IMG/VR virus record: IMGVR_UViG_3300029705_000041
DNA: 64,000 nucleotides
Direction: 5' to 3' (one strand)
From: a virus
Taxonomy: Duplodnaviria > Caudoviricetes
Positions 48,216 to 59,026 of the stretch are shown here, piece by piece (the stretch's first letter is position 1; every line of letters begins with the position of its first letter). The translations under genes were made by a program, and so were the position numbers. The notes beneath the pieces are model-generated. The model worked only from the letters and a program-made list of their open reading frames with translations, was not told the origin of the DNA and made no database searches.

Positions 48216-48611
48216 ATGGGTTTTAGACAAGGTGCATACGCAAAAGTATGGAAGGTAGAAGATAAAGGAAATTATTCCGTAGCACAGATTAGTGTTAGTA
48301 AAAAGGATAAAGAAACTGGAGAATACAATGTTGAATTCCAGGATGGATTTGTTCGTTTGGTAGGTAACGCTCATGAGGCTGCTAAGAATTTGCAGATTAC
48401 TGATAATGGTGCTTCAATCCAGATTACTTCTTGCGATGTAACAAATAAATATGACGGAGAAAAGCAGAAGTCTTATATCAACTTTACAATTTTCGGATTT
48501 GATATTCCTGATGGAAATAACACTTCAAAGCCGGCTAAAAACACAGGTAAGAGTAGTAAAGCTGCACCAGCTACAGATAACGGTGCTGACGAAGATGACC
48601 TTCCGTTTTAA
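48216..48611 (+). CDS. ssb: single-stranded DNA-binding protein
   Basis: Acidic DDLPF C-terminus, replication context. Confidence 0.75.
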   Translation: MGFRQGAYAKVWKVEDKGNYSVAQISVSKKDKETGEYNVEFQDGFVRLVGNAHEAAKNLQITDNGASIQITSCDVTNKYDGEKQKSYINFTIFGFDIPDGNNTSKPAKNTGKSSKAAPATDNGADEDDLPF

Positions 48612-48624
48612 TTAGGAGGTCAAC

Positions 48625-49242
48625 ATGATAGAACAGACAAACATAGAAAAATTTGAACAATACTTAAACAGTATTGAACGAGAGGGTATTGATAAGTTAA
48701 TTGAGTTTATAAAAAAATCAGATTTTTATACAGCTCCGGCAAGTACATGTTACCATTCTTGTCATCAAGGCGGTTTGTTAGAACATAGTTTGAATGTTCT
48801 TGAATGTCTTTTGAAAAAATTCGACAATCCTGTTTGGTCTGAAATATTGAATGAGGTTGGGCGTGAGAGCGCTATTCTTTGCGCCCTGCTTCATGATATT
48901 TGTAAGAGTTATTATTATGGTATTGAAGAAAAAAATAAAAAGATATATAGCGAATACGGCAAAAAAGTTGACAAAAAAGGTAGATTTGATTGGGAAACAG
49001 TTGATACCTTTGTTGTAGATGATAAATTTCCATATGGTCATGGTGAGAAATCAGTTATGATGATTGAGGAATTTATTAAATTAAAACCAGTTGAAAGATA
49101 TTCTATCAGATGGCATATGGGATTTACCGAACCAAAAGAAAATTGGGGTACATTAGGATTAGCAATTAAAAAATATCCTTTAATTTTAGCACTCCATGAA
49201 GCTGATTTAGAATCAACATATTTACTTGAAAAGGAAGAATAA
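48625..49242 (+). CDS. HD-domain hydrolase
   Basis: APAS..YH..GGLLEHSL, LLHDICK, GHGEKS, WHMG, EAD. Confidence 0.85.
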   Translation: MIEQTNIEKFEQYLNSIEREGIDKLIEFIKKSDFYTAPASTCYHSCHQGGLLEHSLNVLECLLKKFDNPVWSEILNEVGRESAILCALLHDICKSYYYGIEEKNKKIYSEYGKKVDKKGRFDWETVDTFVVDDKFPYGHGEKSVMMIEEFIKLKPVERYSIRWHMGFTEPKENWGTLGLAIKKYPLILALHEADLESTYLLEKEE

Positions 49243-49245
49243 GAC

Positions 49246-49728
49246 ATGACAAAAAAAGCTGATACAAGAGTGTGTAGATACCCACATTGCAAACATGATG
49301 ACAAAACTATAAATTTAACCTCTGACAAATATGTGAAAGATGGCAGTTCTTATTATCATGAGGAATGTTATAAAAACAAATCCAATATTCAACTGATTAA
49401 AAATTTGTGGCATGACCACATTAGTTCTACGGTTGTATATTCTCAATTAATGAACATTCTTAATCAGCTTATTTTTAAGGATAATATTTCTTCTGATTAT
49501 ATCGTGTTTGTCATGCAATATTGCATTGACAATCAGAGAAAACTGCGCTATCCACCAGGTTTAAGATATTGTGTTGATGACCAGGTAATAAAAGATGCAT
49601 ATAACAAAAAAATGCAACCTATTATCCACCATTCGGATTTTTCTGCCGATAACGTAGAAGATGATTCACCTAAATTTACCATCAACAAAAAACCAGCTGG
49701 ATTTAAGAGCATATTAGGAGGTAAATAA
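49246..49728 (+). CDS. hypothetical replication-associated Zn-binding protein
   Basis: CRYPHC..YHEEC; directly before helicase. Confidence 0.6.
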   Translation: MTKKADTRVCRYPHCKHDDKTINLTSDKYVKDGSSYYHEECYKNKSNIQLIKNLWHDHISSTVVYSQLMNILNQLIFKDNISSDYIVFVMQYCIDNQRKLRYPPGLRYCVDDQVIKDAYNKKMQPIIHHSDFSADNVEDDSPKFTINKKPAGFKSILGGK

Positions 49729-51071
49729 TGGATATTGCGGAACTTTCCGATATTCAGTCAGAAAGCGGAGTAATCGGTACATTAATTTATCATCCGGAAT
49801 TTATTTTGCATACTGATTATCTCCAACCAGGATATTTTTTCGGAGTAGAAAATGGTTGTATTTATTGGGCTATTCAAGAGTTGTATAAGAGCGGAATTAC
49901 TAATATTGATGCGTATAACATTTCTAATAAATTACAGAGTAATAAATCGGTTCAGAAAACTATTGAAAAATACAATTTACCTTCAGTACAAGAATTTATT
50001 GAATTGTATAAAGAAACAGCCAGACACACAATGGAAGAATATAAAATGCTCGCCGATAACATTGTAACCCTAGCTTTTAAGAGAGATTTGGTAAAAACTC
50101 TAAATCAATTATCAGCTAATTGTTTTAATCCGGATTACGAACTTGAAAAGTTAAACAATGTTGTGTATGGAGAGCTTGATAAATTAACTCAAAAATACAT
50201 CTCCACAAATGATATACATATTTTAGGAAATGATATTGATGCGATTTGGAATGAAATTATAAATCGAAGAACTTCTGATGGTATGTATGGAATTCCTTCA
50301 AAATACAAATTATTTTCAGATTATTATACATATGAACCAGGAGAGTTAGTAGTTATTCAGGCAAAATATAAACAAGGCAAATCGGTTTTATTAATGAATG
50401 AGGTTGTTCACAAATTGAAAAATGGTGTTCCAACATTAGTCGTTGATAGTGAAATGCCTACTCGTTTATATACAGAGAGGTTAATATCTCATTTGTCTGG
50501 TATAGAGATGAAAAGAATCAAAAATGGTAATTATTCAGAAGAAGAAGGAAAAATAATAAATAATTGGATTTTATGGTTAAAAGAACAACCATTTGTTCAT
50601 ATATACAATCCAAACTTAACAAACGAAAAGTTATATTCGATTTGTAAAATGTTAAAACATAAAATCGGACTTACTTTTGTTGTTTATGATTATTTAAAAA
50701 GCAATGAAACTTCTTCAAGTGATAACTACAATGTGCTAGGAGCAAAATGCGACTTTTTAAAAAATAACATTGCTGGAGAACTTGATTTAGCTGTATTAGC
50801 AGCCTGTCAGTTAAATAGAAATGGTGAAGTTGCAGATAGTATAAAAATTAACCGTTATTTATCAGTCGGAATTAAATGGGAATATAAGACACAAGAAATG
50901 ATTGCAAAAGATGGAATTAAATGTGGAAATGCTTTTGCAAAAATATATGTAAATCGTTTAGGTAGACAAATGTTGGAAGATGACGATGAAGATTATATTG
51001 ACTTTATTTTTGATGGTGACAAAATGACGATAATTGAAGCACAGCAGCACGAAAGAGCAAGTGATTTTTAA
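49728..51071 (+). CDS. dnaB: replicative DNA helicase (DnaB-like)
   Basis: AKYKQGKS Walker A, DSEM, YDYLK, CQLNR. Confidence 0.85.
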   Translation: MDIAELSDIQSESGVIGTLIYHPEFILHTDYLQPGYFFGVENGCIYWAIQELYKSGITNIDAYNISNKLQSNKSVQKTIEKYNLPSVQEFIELYKETARHTMEEYKMLADNIVTLAFKRDLVKTLNQLSANCFNPDYELEKLNNVVYGELDKLTQKYISTNDIHILGNDIDAIWNEIINRRTSDGMYGIPSKYKLFSDYYTYEPGELVVIQAKYKQGKSVLLMNEVVHKLKNGVPTLVVDSEMPTRLYTERLISHLSGIEMKRIKNGNYSEEEGKIINNWILWLKEQPFVHIYNPNLTNEKLYSICKMLKHKIGLTFVVYDYLKSNETSSSDNYNVLGAKCDFLKNNIAGELDLAVLAACQLNRNGEVADSIKINRYLSVGIKWEYKTQEMIAKDGIKCGNAFAKIYVNRLGRQMLEDDDEDYIDFIFDGDKMTIIEAQQHERASDF

Positions 51072-51083
51072 ATAAGATAGGGA

Positions 51084-52100
51084 GTGCATATCTTGGAAAT
51101 TTACGATGATGATATGTTACAGCAAATTAATGAGAATGCAAACCTATTAGATTATGTCAGCCAATTTATTGAGATGGAGAAAAGAGGAAACGATTACTTT
51201 GGTCAATGTCCATTACATATAGACAACACACCCTCTTTCTCCATCACGCCAGCTAAAAACTCTTACTATTGTTTTTCTTGCGGCAAATCTGGTGGGATAA
51301 TTGGCTATTTAATGGATTATGAAGGAATGCAATTTGAAAGTGCTGTAGAAAAAGCCGCAAAATTAGCTGATATGGATTTGAGTAAAATGTGCAAATCAAA
51401 TACTGTATCGTGGTTGAAAAAATTACGAATGTTGGCTCTTAAAAAGGATAATGATTTTAGTCATGAAATCCTTCCAGAAAGTGAACTGAAAAAATACAAA
51501 AAAGAACCGGTATGGGAATGGCTAAATGAAGATATAAGTCAGGAAACAATGGATTTATTCGGCGTTATGGTTGATACATGGCAAAATCGAATCATTTATC
51601 CGGTATATGACATTCATGGTAATTTAATAAACATTAAAGCGAGAACTCGTTATCCTAATTACAAAAAATTAAAAATCCCTAAGTACATCAACTATTATCC
51701 TGTAGGAGTAATGGACTATTTTCAAGGATTGAATATAACGTTGAAGTATGTAAAAGAAAAGGGAGAAATTATCATTTTTGAATCTGTGAAATCAGTAATG
51801 AAAGCATTTGGTTGGGGCTATAAAAATTGCGCATCTGCTGAAAAACATACTTTAACAAAAGAACAGCTTGATTTATTAGTAAAACTAAAAGTTAATGTTG
51901 TTTTTGCTTATGATAGTGATATAAGCTATCGACAAAGTGATGTTAAACAGAACATTGATAAATTAAAACGTGTAACAAACGTGTATATAATTGAAGATAA
52001 AAATAAACTTCTTGGCGGTGTAGCAGCGAAGAATGCTCCGGTTGATTGCGGTGAGGATATTTGGAGTCAGCTATATGAAGCTAAAAAGAAAATAGTTTAG
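51084..52100 (+). CDS. dnaG: DNA primase
   Basis: CPLH..TPSF..CFSCG CHC2 finger, TOPRIM FES / YDSD. Confidence 0.85.
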   Translation: MHILEIYDDDMLQQINENANLLDYVSQFIEMEKRGNDYFGQCPLHIDNTPSFSITPAKNSYYCFSCGKSGGIIGYLMDYEGMQFESAVEKAAKLADMDLSKMCKSNTVSWLKKLRMLALKKDNDFSHEILPESELKKYKKEPVWEWLNEDISQETMDLFGVMVDTWQNRIIYPVYDIHGNLINIKARTRYPNYKKLKIPKYINYYPVGVMDYFQGLNITLKYVKEKGEIIIFESVKSVMKAFGWGYKNCASAEKHTLTKEQLDLLVKLKVNVVFAYDSDISYRQSDVKQNIDKLKRVTNVYIIEDKNKLLGGVAAKNAPVDCGEDIWSQLYEAKKKIV

Positions 52101-52123
52101 TAACGAAGTCAAGGAGTGGTTAT

Positions 52124-52930
52124 TTGAGTGAATATAAAGAAAGTATTGACAAAATGCGTTGGTCATATTCCAGACTAACATCATTTGAGCATTGTCAATA
52201 TGAATTTTATTTAAACTATATCATCAATAATGATGATGAATATTTATCTGAAGGAAATTTTTATGCAGAAGTCGGAATATTTGTCCACGAAGTTTTAGCA
52301 AAAATTTTCAACGGAGAATTAACTCCTGATGAAGCATCTCAATATTATGTAGATAACTTTGAAAAAAATATATTCTATAAAGTTAAAAAATCAACAATGG
52401 ATAAAACTTTTGAATTATGTGCTGATTACTTTGCCAATGTAGATTTTGGTTGGTTGAACAATTATGAAATCCTTGGAGTTGAACTCGAAATGGAATTCAA
52501 AATAGAAGGCTATGATTTTGTTGGTTATATTGATTTGCTTTTAAAGGATAAAAGAGATGGTAAGATTGTGATTATAGACCATAAAAGCGCACCTTACCCT
52601 TTAAAATTAGATGGAACTGTAAAAAAGAATTCACAAGCAAGTTTTGAAATGTATAAAAAACAAATGTATTTGTATTCGTATGCAGTAAAAGAAAAGTATG
52701 GCGTTTTTCCTAAAGAAATAATCTGGAATCATTTTAAAGCTGAAGGTAAATTTGTAACAATTCCTTTCATCGAAAAAGAATATGATGAAGCAGTTAAATG
52801 GCTTACACAAACTATACATAAAGTAGAAAATGAAAAAGATTTCAAACCCACTTTAGATTATTTTTACTGCACCAATCTTTGTAATTTCAGAAATTGTTGT
52901 GAATATTGTAAAGATTCAGACTGGCGGTGA
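52124..52930 (+). CDS. PD-(D/E)XK nuclease (RecB/Cas4-like)
   Basis: WSYSRL, GYIDLL, IIDHKS, QMYLY, C-terminal Cys cluster. Confidence 0.85.
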   Translation: MSEYKESIDKMRWSYSRLTSFEHCQYEFYLNYIINNDDEYLSEGNFYAEVGIFVHEVLAKIFNGELTPDEASQYYVDNFEKNIFYKVKKSTMDKTFELCADYFANVDFGWLNNYEILGVELEMEFKIEGYDFVGYIDLLLKDKRDGKIVIIDHKSAPYPLKLDGTVKKNSQASFEMYKKQMYLYSYAVKEKYGVFPKEIIWNHFKAEGKFVTIPFIEKEYDEAVKWLTQTIHKVENEKDFKPTLDYFYCTNLCNFRNCCEYCKDSDWR

Positions 52931-55900
52931 AATTATTGCAAATACCAAACACATATGTTCCGTATCATGTTCACAGTATGTTGAGCAGTGGTACAACAAA
53001 CATAGATAGTATTACAAATTTCAGAGACTATGTTAATGCGGCTCAAAACAACGGTATGAATGCTCTTGGAATTAGCGAACATGGCAACTTGTTTGAATGG
53101 CTGCATAAAAAGGAATGTATTGAAGCTGCCGGAATGAAGTATTTGCATTGTGTTGAAGCTTATCTTACAGAGGATAACGGCGAAAAAGTAATTTATAATG
53201 CCGTAGAGTTAGTACATGATAGGCGAATTGAATTTGAAAAATATAGACAAAGAGAAGATGGAGGTTATCTTGCAGAAGTAGATGGTATATCATATCTAAT
53301 TGATATAGATACATTAAAAAAAGAGTATGTAAAAACCAGAGACAATTACCATTGTGTTTTAATTGCAAAAAATTATGATGGTGTAAAAGAGTTGAATCGT
53401 CTGGTATCTAAATCATTCTGTAGAGATGACTTCCATTTCTACTATATGCCGAGAATTTCATTTGATGAATTATTCAAAACATCCTCAAACATTATTATTA
53501 CTACAGCTTGTTTGGGTGGAGTTTTAAACAATGGAACTCCTATTGCAAAAGAAAAGATGTTAGGTTTTTTAAAACAAAATAAAAACCGTTGTTTTTTAGA
53601 AATACAACATCATAATTGCAAAGAACAAATTGAATATAATAAAGTTTTGTATGAATTAAGTAAAGACACAGGAATACCTCTTATTGCCGGCACCGATACA
53701 CACGCACTTAATGAAGAACACATGGATGGTCGTGCAATGTTACAAAAAGCAAAAAATGTACGATTTTCCAATGAAGATGATTGGGACTTAACGTTTAAGA
53801 CAACAGAAGAATTAATAGCAGCATATAAAAAACAAAATTCATTACCTATGGATGTTGTATATGAGGCGATTAACAATACAGTTAAAATGGCAGAGATGGT
53901 TGAAACATTTAAGCTTGATTATAGTCCTAAATATCCAAAACTATATGAAGATTCTGAAAGTGTGTTCAAACAAAAAATAAATAAAGGTGTTCTCAATAGG
54001 AACATTATGCAATATCCAAATTATCAAGAATATTTGGATAGAATTCATTATGAATATGATACATATAAGCATAACAACGCTATTGATTTTATGCTTTTAG
54101 AAGAAGATTACAAAACAGAAATGCGTAATCGAAATGTTAAATTTGGTTATAGTAGAGGTTCTGTTTCCGGAAGTATCATAGCATATCTTTTAGGTATTAC
54201 AGAAGTTGATAGTGTAAAGTTCAAATTAAACTTTGAGCGTTTCATGAATAAAGAAAGAGTAAGCCTTGCCGATATTGATACGGATTGGTTATCAGAAGAT
54301 AGAAAAACTGTTAAAGATTACTTATATAGTAAAACAGGACTATATTGTTGTGATATTGTTACTTTTAACACAATAGCCCTCAAAGGTGCTATTCGTGATA
54401 TAGGTAGAGCATTAGAAATACCTTTGAATGAGGTTGCAGAAATTTGCGATGCCGTTGAAACCAATGAAGAAGCATTACGAAGGCAATATAAAACACTGTT
54501 TAAATATGTTGATTTGGTAAACGGAGTAGTAGTTTCTGTAGGAAATCATCCTGCTGGATGCGTTATTTCGCCTTTTCCAGTTGATGAATGGTTTGGAACT
54601 TTTACAACAACCACTGATGAGTACCCAATATCTGTACTTAACATGAAAGAAATTGACTCTTTAAATTTCGTTAAGCTTGACATTTTGGGACTTGATAATA
54701 TTGGATTAATATATAAAACGTGTGATTTAGCAGGAATACCATTTTTAACACCAGATAATACTCCGGCTGACGATATGGAAGTGTGGGAGAGTATTAGGGA
54801 AGATACTACTATGATTTTTCAATGGGAATCACAAAGTGCAACCTCTTATTTAAAACAATTATTCAGTGATACAACTATTGAACAGATAAGAGCTAAAAAC
54901 CCTGATTTCTCATATATGGATTTACTCTCAATAGGTAATGGTGCTATTCGCCCAGCAGGAGAATCTTATAGAGATAAACTTGCACAAGGTATATATCAAG
55001 ATAACGGTCATAAAGCATTAAATGATTTCTTAGCATCAACTTTAGGTTATCTGGTATATCAAGAACAAATCATAGAATTTTTACATATATTCTGTGGATA
55101 TACAATGGGAGAGGCAGATGTTGTAAGACGAGGTTTTGCAAAGAAAACTGGAACAGAAAAATTTATACCTAAAATTAAGAGTGGTTTTTCTGAAACTATG
55201 CAGAAGAAATTTAGTGTTGCTGAAAAAGAATCAGAAAAGCTAATAGTAAATTTCATAAAGGTTATAGAAGATGCAAGTTCATATTTGTTTTCAAAAAATC
55301 ACGCAGACCCTTATTCATGGATAGGATATATTTGTGGTTATCTTAGATACCATTATCCACTTGAATTTATTACTACAGCTTTAAATATCTTTGAGGGAAA
55401 AGAAGAAAAAAGTCTGGCTATAATTAATTATGCAAAAAAACAAGGAATAAAAATTTCGCCGATTAAATTCAGATATTCAATAGCTCAATATAACTTTAAT
55501 AAAGACACAAACGAAATTTATAAAGGTATTTCTTCTATTAAATTTATGAATGCAAATGTCGCTGATGAAATTTATTCTTTGCGTGAAAACCAATACAGAA
55601 ATTTTATTGAATTGATATATGACTTAAAAAATAAGACATCAATAAATTCACGCCAATTAAAAATTCTTATTGAGCTTGATTTCTTTTCAGAATTTGGAGA
55701 TACAAATTATCTGTTAGGGTTATATGATTTATTTGATGCACTTGATGGCAAAGTACAATTCAAAAAAGAAAAACTAGCGGAAATGGGTATTCCAGAAGAT
55801 ATGATTAGATTATTCGCTGAAAAGGAAACTGATAAAATGTTTACAAAAGTAAATACAAAAGGTTTCTTAGAATATGCTGCAAAGCAAGCAAAATATAATC

Positions 55901-56238
55901 ACAGAACTCTCAAAGAAAAAATCCATGCACAAATTAATCACCTTGGGTATGTGGATATTATAGATGATTGTTATGCAGGAATGGCAGCTGTATTATCGGT
56001 AGACACAAAATTTGCTCCAAAATTGAAAATGTACTCTTTGAAAAACGGAACAGTTATTGATTGCAAAATTGATAAAAGGAGTTTTGCGAAAAACAAGCTA
56101 CAATCCGGAGATATAGTAAGAATACATGGACAAAGAAAAAAGCCAAAATTAAAACGGTTAGAAAATGGTCAATATGAACCGATTCCAGGAGTAGATGAAT
56201 TATGGATAACCGGTTATACAAAGGTGGAGAATATGTAA
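52927..56238 (+). CDS. dnaE: DNA polymerase III alpha subunit
   Basis: PHP HVHS/EHGN, RGSVSGS, FERF..RVSLADIDTD, KLDILGL, YQEQ, FSKNHA. Confidence 0.95.
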   Translation: MKLLQIPNTYVPYHVHSMLSSGTTNIDSITNFRDYVNAAQNNGMNALGISEHGNLFEWLHKKECIEAAGMKYLHCVEAYLTEDNGEKVIYNAVELVHDRRIEFEKYRQREDGGYLAEVDGISYLIDIDTLKKEYVKTRDNYHCVLIAKNYDGVKELNRLVSKSFCRDDFHFYYMPRISFDELFKTSSNIIITTACLGGVLNNGTPIAKEKMLGFLKQNKNRCFLEIQHHNCKEQIEYNKVLYELSKDTGIPLIAGTDTHALNEEHMDGRAMLQKAKNVRFSNEDDWDLTFKTTEELIAAYKKQNSLPMDVVYEAINNTVKMAEMVETFKLDYSPKYPKLYEDSESVFKQKINKGVLNRNIMQYPNYQEYLDRIHYEYDTYKHNNAIDFMLLEEDYKTEMRNRNVKFGYSRGSVSGSIIAYLLGITEVDSVKFKLNFERFMNKERVSLADIDTDWLSEDRKTVKDYLYSKTGLYCCDIVTFNTIALKGAIRDIGRALEIPLNEVAEICDAVETNEEALRRQYKTLFKYVDLVNGVVVSVGNHPAGCVISPFPVDEWFGTFTTTTDEYPISVLNMKEIDSLNFVKLDILGLDNIGLIYKTCDLAGIPFLTPDNTPADDMEVWESIREDTTMIFQWESQSATSYLKQLFSDTTIEQIRAKNPDFSYMDLLSIGNGAIRPAGESYRDKLAQGIYQDNGHKALNDFLASTLGYLVYQEQIIEFLHIFCGYTMGEADVVRRGFAKKTGTEKFIPKIKSGFSETMQKKFSVAEKESEKLIVNFIKVIEDASSYLFSKNHADPYSWIGYICGYLRYHYPLEFITTALNIFEGKEEKSLAIINYAKKQGIKISPIKFRYSIAQYNFNKDTNEIYKGISSIKFMNANVADEIYSLRENQYRNFIELIYDLKNKTSINSRQLKILIELDFFSEFGDTNYLLGLYDLFDALDGKVQFKKEKLAEMGIPEDMIRLFAEKETDKMFTKVNTKGFLEYAAKQAKYNHRTLKEKIHAQINHLGYVDIIDDCYAGMAAVLSVDTKFAPKLKMYSLKNGTVIDCKIDKRSFAKNKLQSGDIVRIHGQRKKPKLKRLENGQYEPIPGVDELWITGYTKVENM

Positions 56239-56239
56239 A

Positions 56240-56581
56240 ATGAAAAACGAAAAATTTCTAATTACCTTTGAAGAATTTGAAAATCATATTAAAAGTATTG
56301 AACGACTAATTAATTTTGAGAACGGATTACGTTGTTTAATACATTCTTATAAAAAGAATAACGAAGAAATAATTGAATTATCCTTTCCAACACTAATGAC
56401 CAATACAATTCAATTACTTGCAACTCTAACACAAGATGTTAATGATTGGATTAGTTATTGGGTTTTTGACTTAGAGTGTGGAACTAAATACAAAGATGGC
56501 TGTGTTAAGGATGTAAATAATAATGACATTCCTTTAAAAACCATCAAAGATTTATGGGATATTTTAAATATGGAGGAATAA
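56240..56581 (+). CDS. hypothetical protein
   Basis: WISYWVFDLECG. Confidence 0.6.
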   Translation: MKNEKFLITFEEFENHIKSIERLINFENGLRCLIHSYKKNNEEIIELSFPTLMTNTIQLLATLTQDVNDWISYWVFDLECGTKYKDGCVKDVNNNDIPLKTIKDLWDILNMEE

Positions 56582-56586
56582 GAGAA

Positions 56587-57341
56587 TTGAAATATATTGC
56601 AAATTGCAGTTTTGGAAAAGATTCTCTTGCTCAAATTATAAAAATTAAAGAATTAGGTTTGCCTTTGGATGAGGTCATATATTGTGATATACGTTTCTCC
56701 CCCTGATAAGTGGAGAACACCCTTTAATGGCAGAATGGATTCCTTGTGCGGAAGAAATTCTGGAGAAACAATTCGGAATAAAAGTCAAACATATATCGGC
56801 AAAAACTACTTTTACAGAGCAGTTTTATAAAGTAAAACAAAAAGGAAAACATATCGGAGAAATATATGGTTTCCCATATACTATAGGTGCCTGGTGTAAT
56901 AGTCGATTAAAAGTTAATCCTTTATCACAATATATTTCATCCATAAACGATGAGGTATATCAATACATAGGTATTGCTTATGATGAGCCGGAACGCTATC
57001 AGAGACTAAAACAACAAGAAACGCCAAAGGTCAAATATGGTTCTGTTTTATATGAAAATCAAATAACAGAACCTATGGCTTTTGAAATATGTGAAAAATA
57101 TAATTTAGTTTCTCCAATTTATTCAGACGAAGTGTACCGTGGTGGATGCTGGTTTTGTGTAAAACAATGTTACGCTGACTTATATAAATTATGGAAAGAA
57201 TATCCTGACTATTTTAATATGTTACTAGAAATGGAAAAGGATTCTTCGATAACGTTTAAACCTAATTATACTTTAAAAGAATTTGTAGAGAAGTTTGAGA
57301 ACGGATATATTCCAAAAAGGCGAAAAACAAGTAAAAAATAA
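56587..57341 (+). CDS. PAPS reductase-family protein, -1 frameshift at C5 56699-56703
   Basis: TTG 56587 LKYIANCSFGKDS..FSP*; continues LISGEHP..WCNSRLK, GIAYDE, RGGCWFC. Confidence 0.8.
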
Positions 57342-57357
57342 AACGGAGGATTTTAAA

Positions 57358-57795
57358 ATGACAATTAATGAAATTAATGGTGATTTATTCAGAGTGCCGC
57401 AAGGTTATTATTTAGCACATTGTATTAGTGGTGATTATGCTCTTGGTGCCGGTATTGCTAAGAAGTTTGATGCAGAATACAATATGAGATTCAAGTTATT
57501 CAGAGATTATGCTATTCCGGATGGTGAAAAATCAGCAAATGTTGGTAGAGCATTGTTGATAGATAATGTATTTAATCTGGTAACAAAAGAAAGATGTTTC
57601 CATAAGCCAACATACGATACTTTATATGACACATTGGTTGATATGCGTGAACAGTGTGAGGATTTTGATATTACTAGACTTGCGATGCCTCTTATTGGTT
57701 GTGGTTTAGATAAGTTGGAATGGGATAAGGTAAAAGATGTAATTGAAGATGTTTTTGAAAACACTAACATTGAAATTTTAATCTGCATTTTATAA
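57358..57795 (+). CDS. macro domain protein (Poa1-like)
   Basis: GDLF, AHCISGD..LGAGIA, NLVTK, MPLIGCGLD.L.W. Confidence 0.9.
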   Translation: MTINEINGDLFRVPQGYYLAHCISGDYALGAGIAKKFDAEYNMRFKLFRDYAIPDGEKSANVGRALLIDNVFNLVTKERCFHKPTYDTLYDTLVDMREQCEDFDITRLAMPLIGCGLDKLEWDKVKDVIEDVFENTNIEILICIL

Positions 57796-57807
57796 GGAGT
57801 ATTTATT

Positions 57808-59025
57808 ATGTCAGAAATTAAACCTAGATATTTGGTAATGGTTACAGCTTCTGCAAATAATAATAAATATTATAAACAAATTCCGCATGGTGATTCGTGG
57901 ACTGCCGAATATGGTAGAGTAGGAAGCAGTCCTCAACGCCGTGAGTATTCAATGAGTCAATGGGAAAGTAAGTATAACGAAAAAATCCGTAAAGGTTATG
58001 TAGACCAAAGCGATTTAGTAGAAGATTTAATTCAGGTTGAAAAACCAAAGAAATCTGAATACAAAGAAATTGAGAATAAAGTCATTGCTGAAATTGTTGA
58101 AAGGTTGCAGAACATGGCTAAAAAAGCTATTAGTGATAACTATACAATTTCATCGAATAAAGTTACACAAGCAATGGTTGATGAAGCTCAAAACATTTTA
58201 ACAAGCTTGATACATATTGATGATTTGAAAGAATTTAATGATACTTTATTAAAATTGTTTACAACCATTCCAAGAAAAATGAGTGACGTTAAACTATATT
58301 TGGTGAAAAACACAGATGATTTTGCTAAAACAATTCAAAGAGAACAAGATTTGCTTGATGTTATGAGAGGGCAAGTTGTTCAACATCAAACAGTTGAAGA
58401 AGTTGTAGAAGATAGTTCCGAAGAAAAATCATATACAATTTTGGAACAACTCGGATTAGAGTTTGAAGAATGTGATGCTAATGATATTGCAACAATCAAA
58501 GCAGCTTTAGGTTCTTGTGTGGATAAGTTTTATAAAGCATGGAAAGTGAAAAATTTACGCACACAAAAGAGATATGATGAATTTGTTAAAGCAAATAATA
58601 TTACGAACACCAAACTACTATTCCATGGTAGCAGAAACGAAAATTGGTGGTCAATCATTAACAGTGGATTAATGCTTAAACCGACAAATGCTGTTATAAC
58701 CGGCAAAATGTTTGGATATGGAATTTACTATGCTCCTAAAGCAAGAAAATCTTTAGGCTATACAAGTTTAAGTGGTAGTTATTGGGCTAAAGGCAGTTCC
58801 AATTCCGGCTTTATGGCATTGATGGATGTTGCATACGGAAAACCATATGATGTACATTCTTTTGATAGTAAATATTATAATTTCAATTATGAAGCATTGC
58901 AAAGAAATTGCCCTGGGGCAAATTGTTTACACGCTCATGAAGGTAGTATGTTACGTAATGATGAAATTATAGTTTATAAAGAAGAACAATGTACAATTCA
59001 TTATTTGATTGAATTAAAAAATTAA
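57808..59025 (+). CDS. PARP-like ADP-ribosyltransferase (WGR + regulatory + catalytic)
   Basis: NNKYY..YGRVG; FTTIPR; LLFHGS, GKMFGYGIYYA, KSLGY, NDEIIVY (H-Y-E). Confidence 0.88.
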   Translation: MSEIKPRYLVMVTASANNNKYYKQIPHGDSWTAEYGRVGSSPQRREYSMSQWESKYNEKIRKGYVDQSDLVEDLIQVEKPKKSEYKEIENKVIAEIVERLQNMAKKAISDNYTISSNKVTQAMVDEAQNILTSLIHIDDLKEFNDTLLKLFTTIPRKMSDVKLYLVKNTDDFAKTIQREQDLLDVMRGQVVQHQTVEEVVEDSSEEKSYTILEQLGLEFEECDANDIATIKAALGSCVDKFYKAWKVKNLRTQKRYDEFVKANNITNTKLLFHGSRNENWWSIINSGLMLKPTNAVITGKMFGYGIYYAPKARKSLGYTSLSGSYWAKGSSNSGFMALMDVAYGKPYDVHSFDSKYYNFNYEALQRNCPGANCLHAHEGSMLRNDEIIVYKEEQCTIHYLIELKN

Positions 59026-59026
59026 G

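Noticed and set aside
52124-52930. cas4 of a CRISPR system
   Set aside because: Solo PD-(D/E)XK nuclease in a replication operon; no array or other cas genes.
52927-56238. Intein or intron in DnaE, helicase or NrdD
   Set aside because: Lengths are normal, with no intein-type C...HN boundaries or frame breaks seen.
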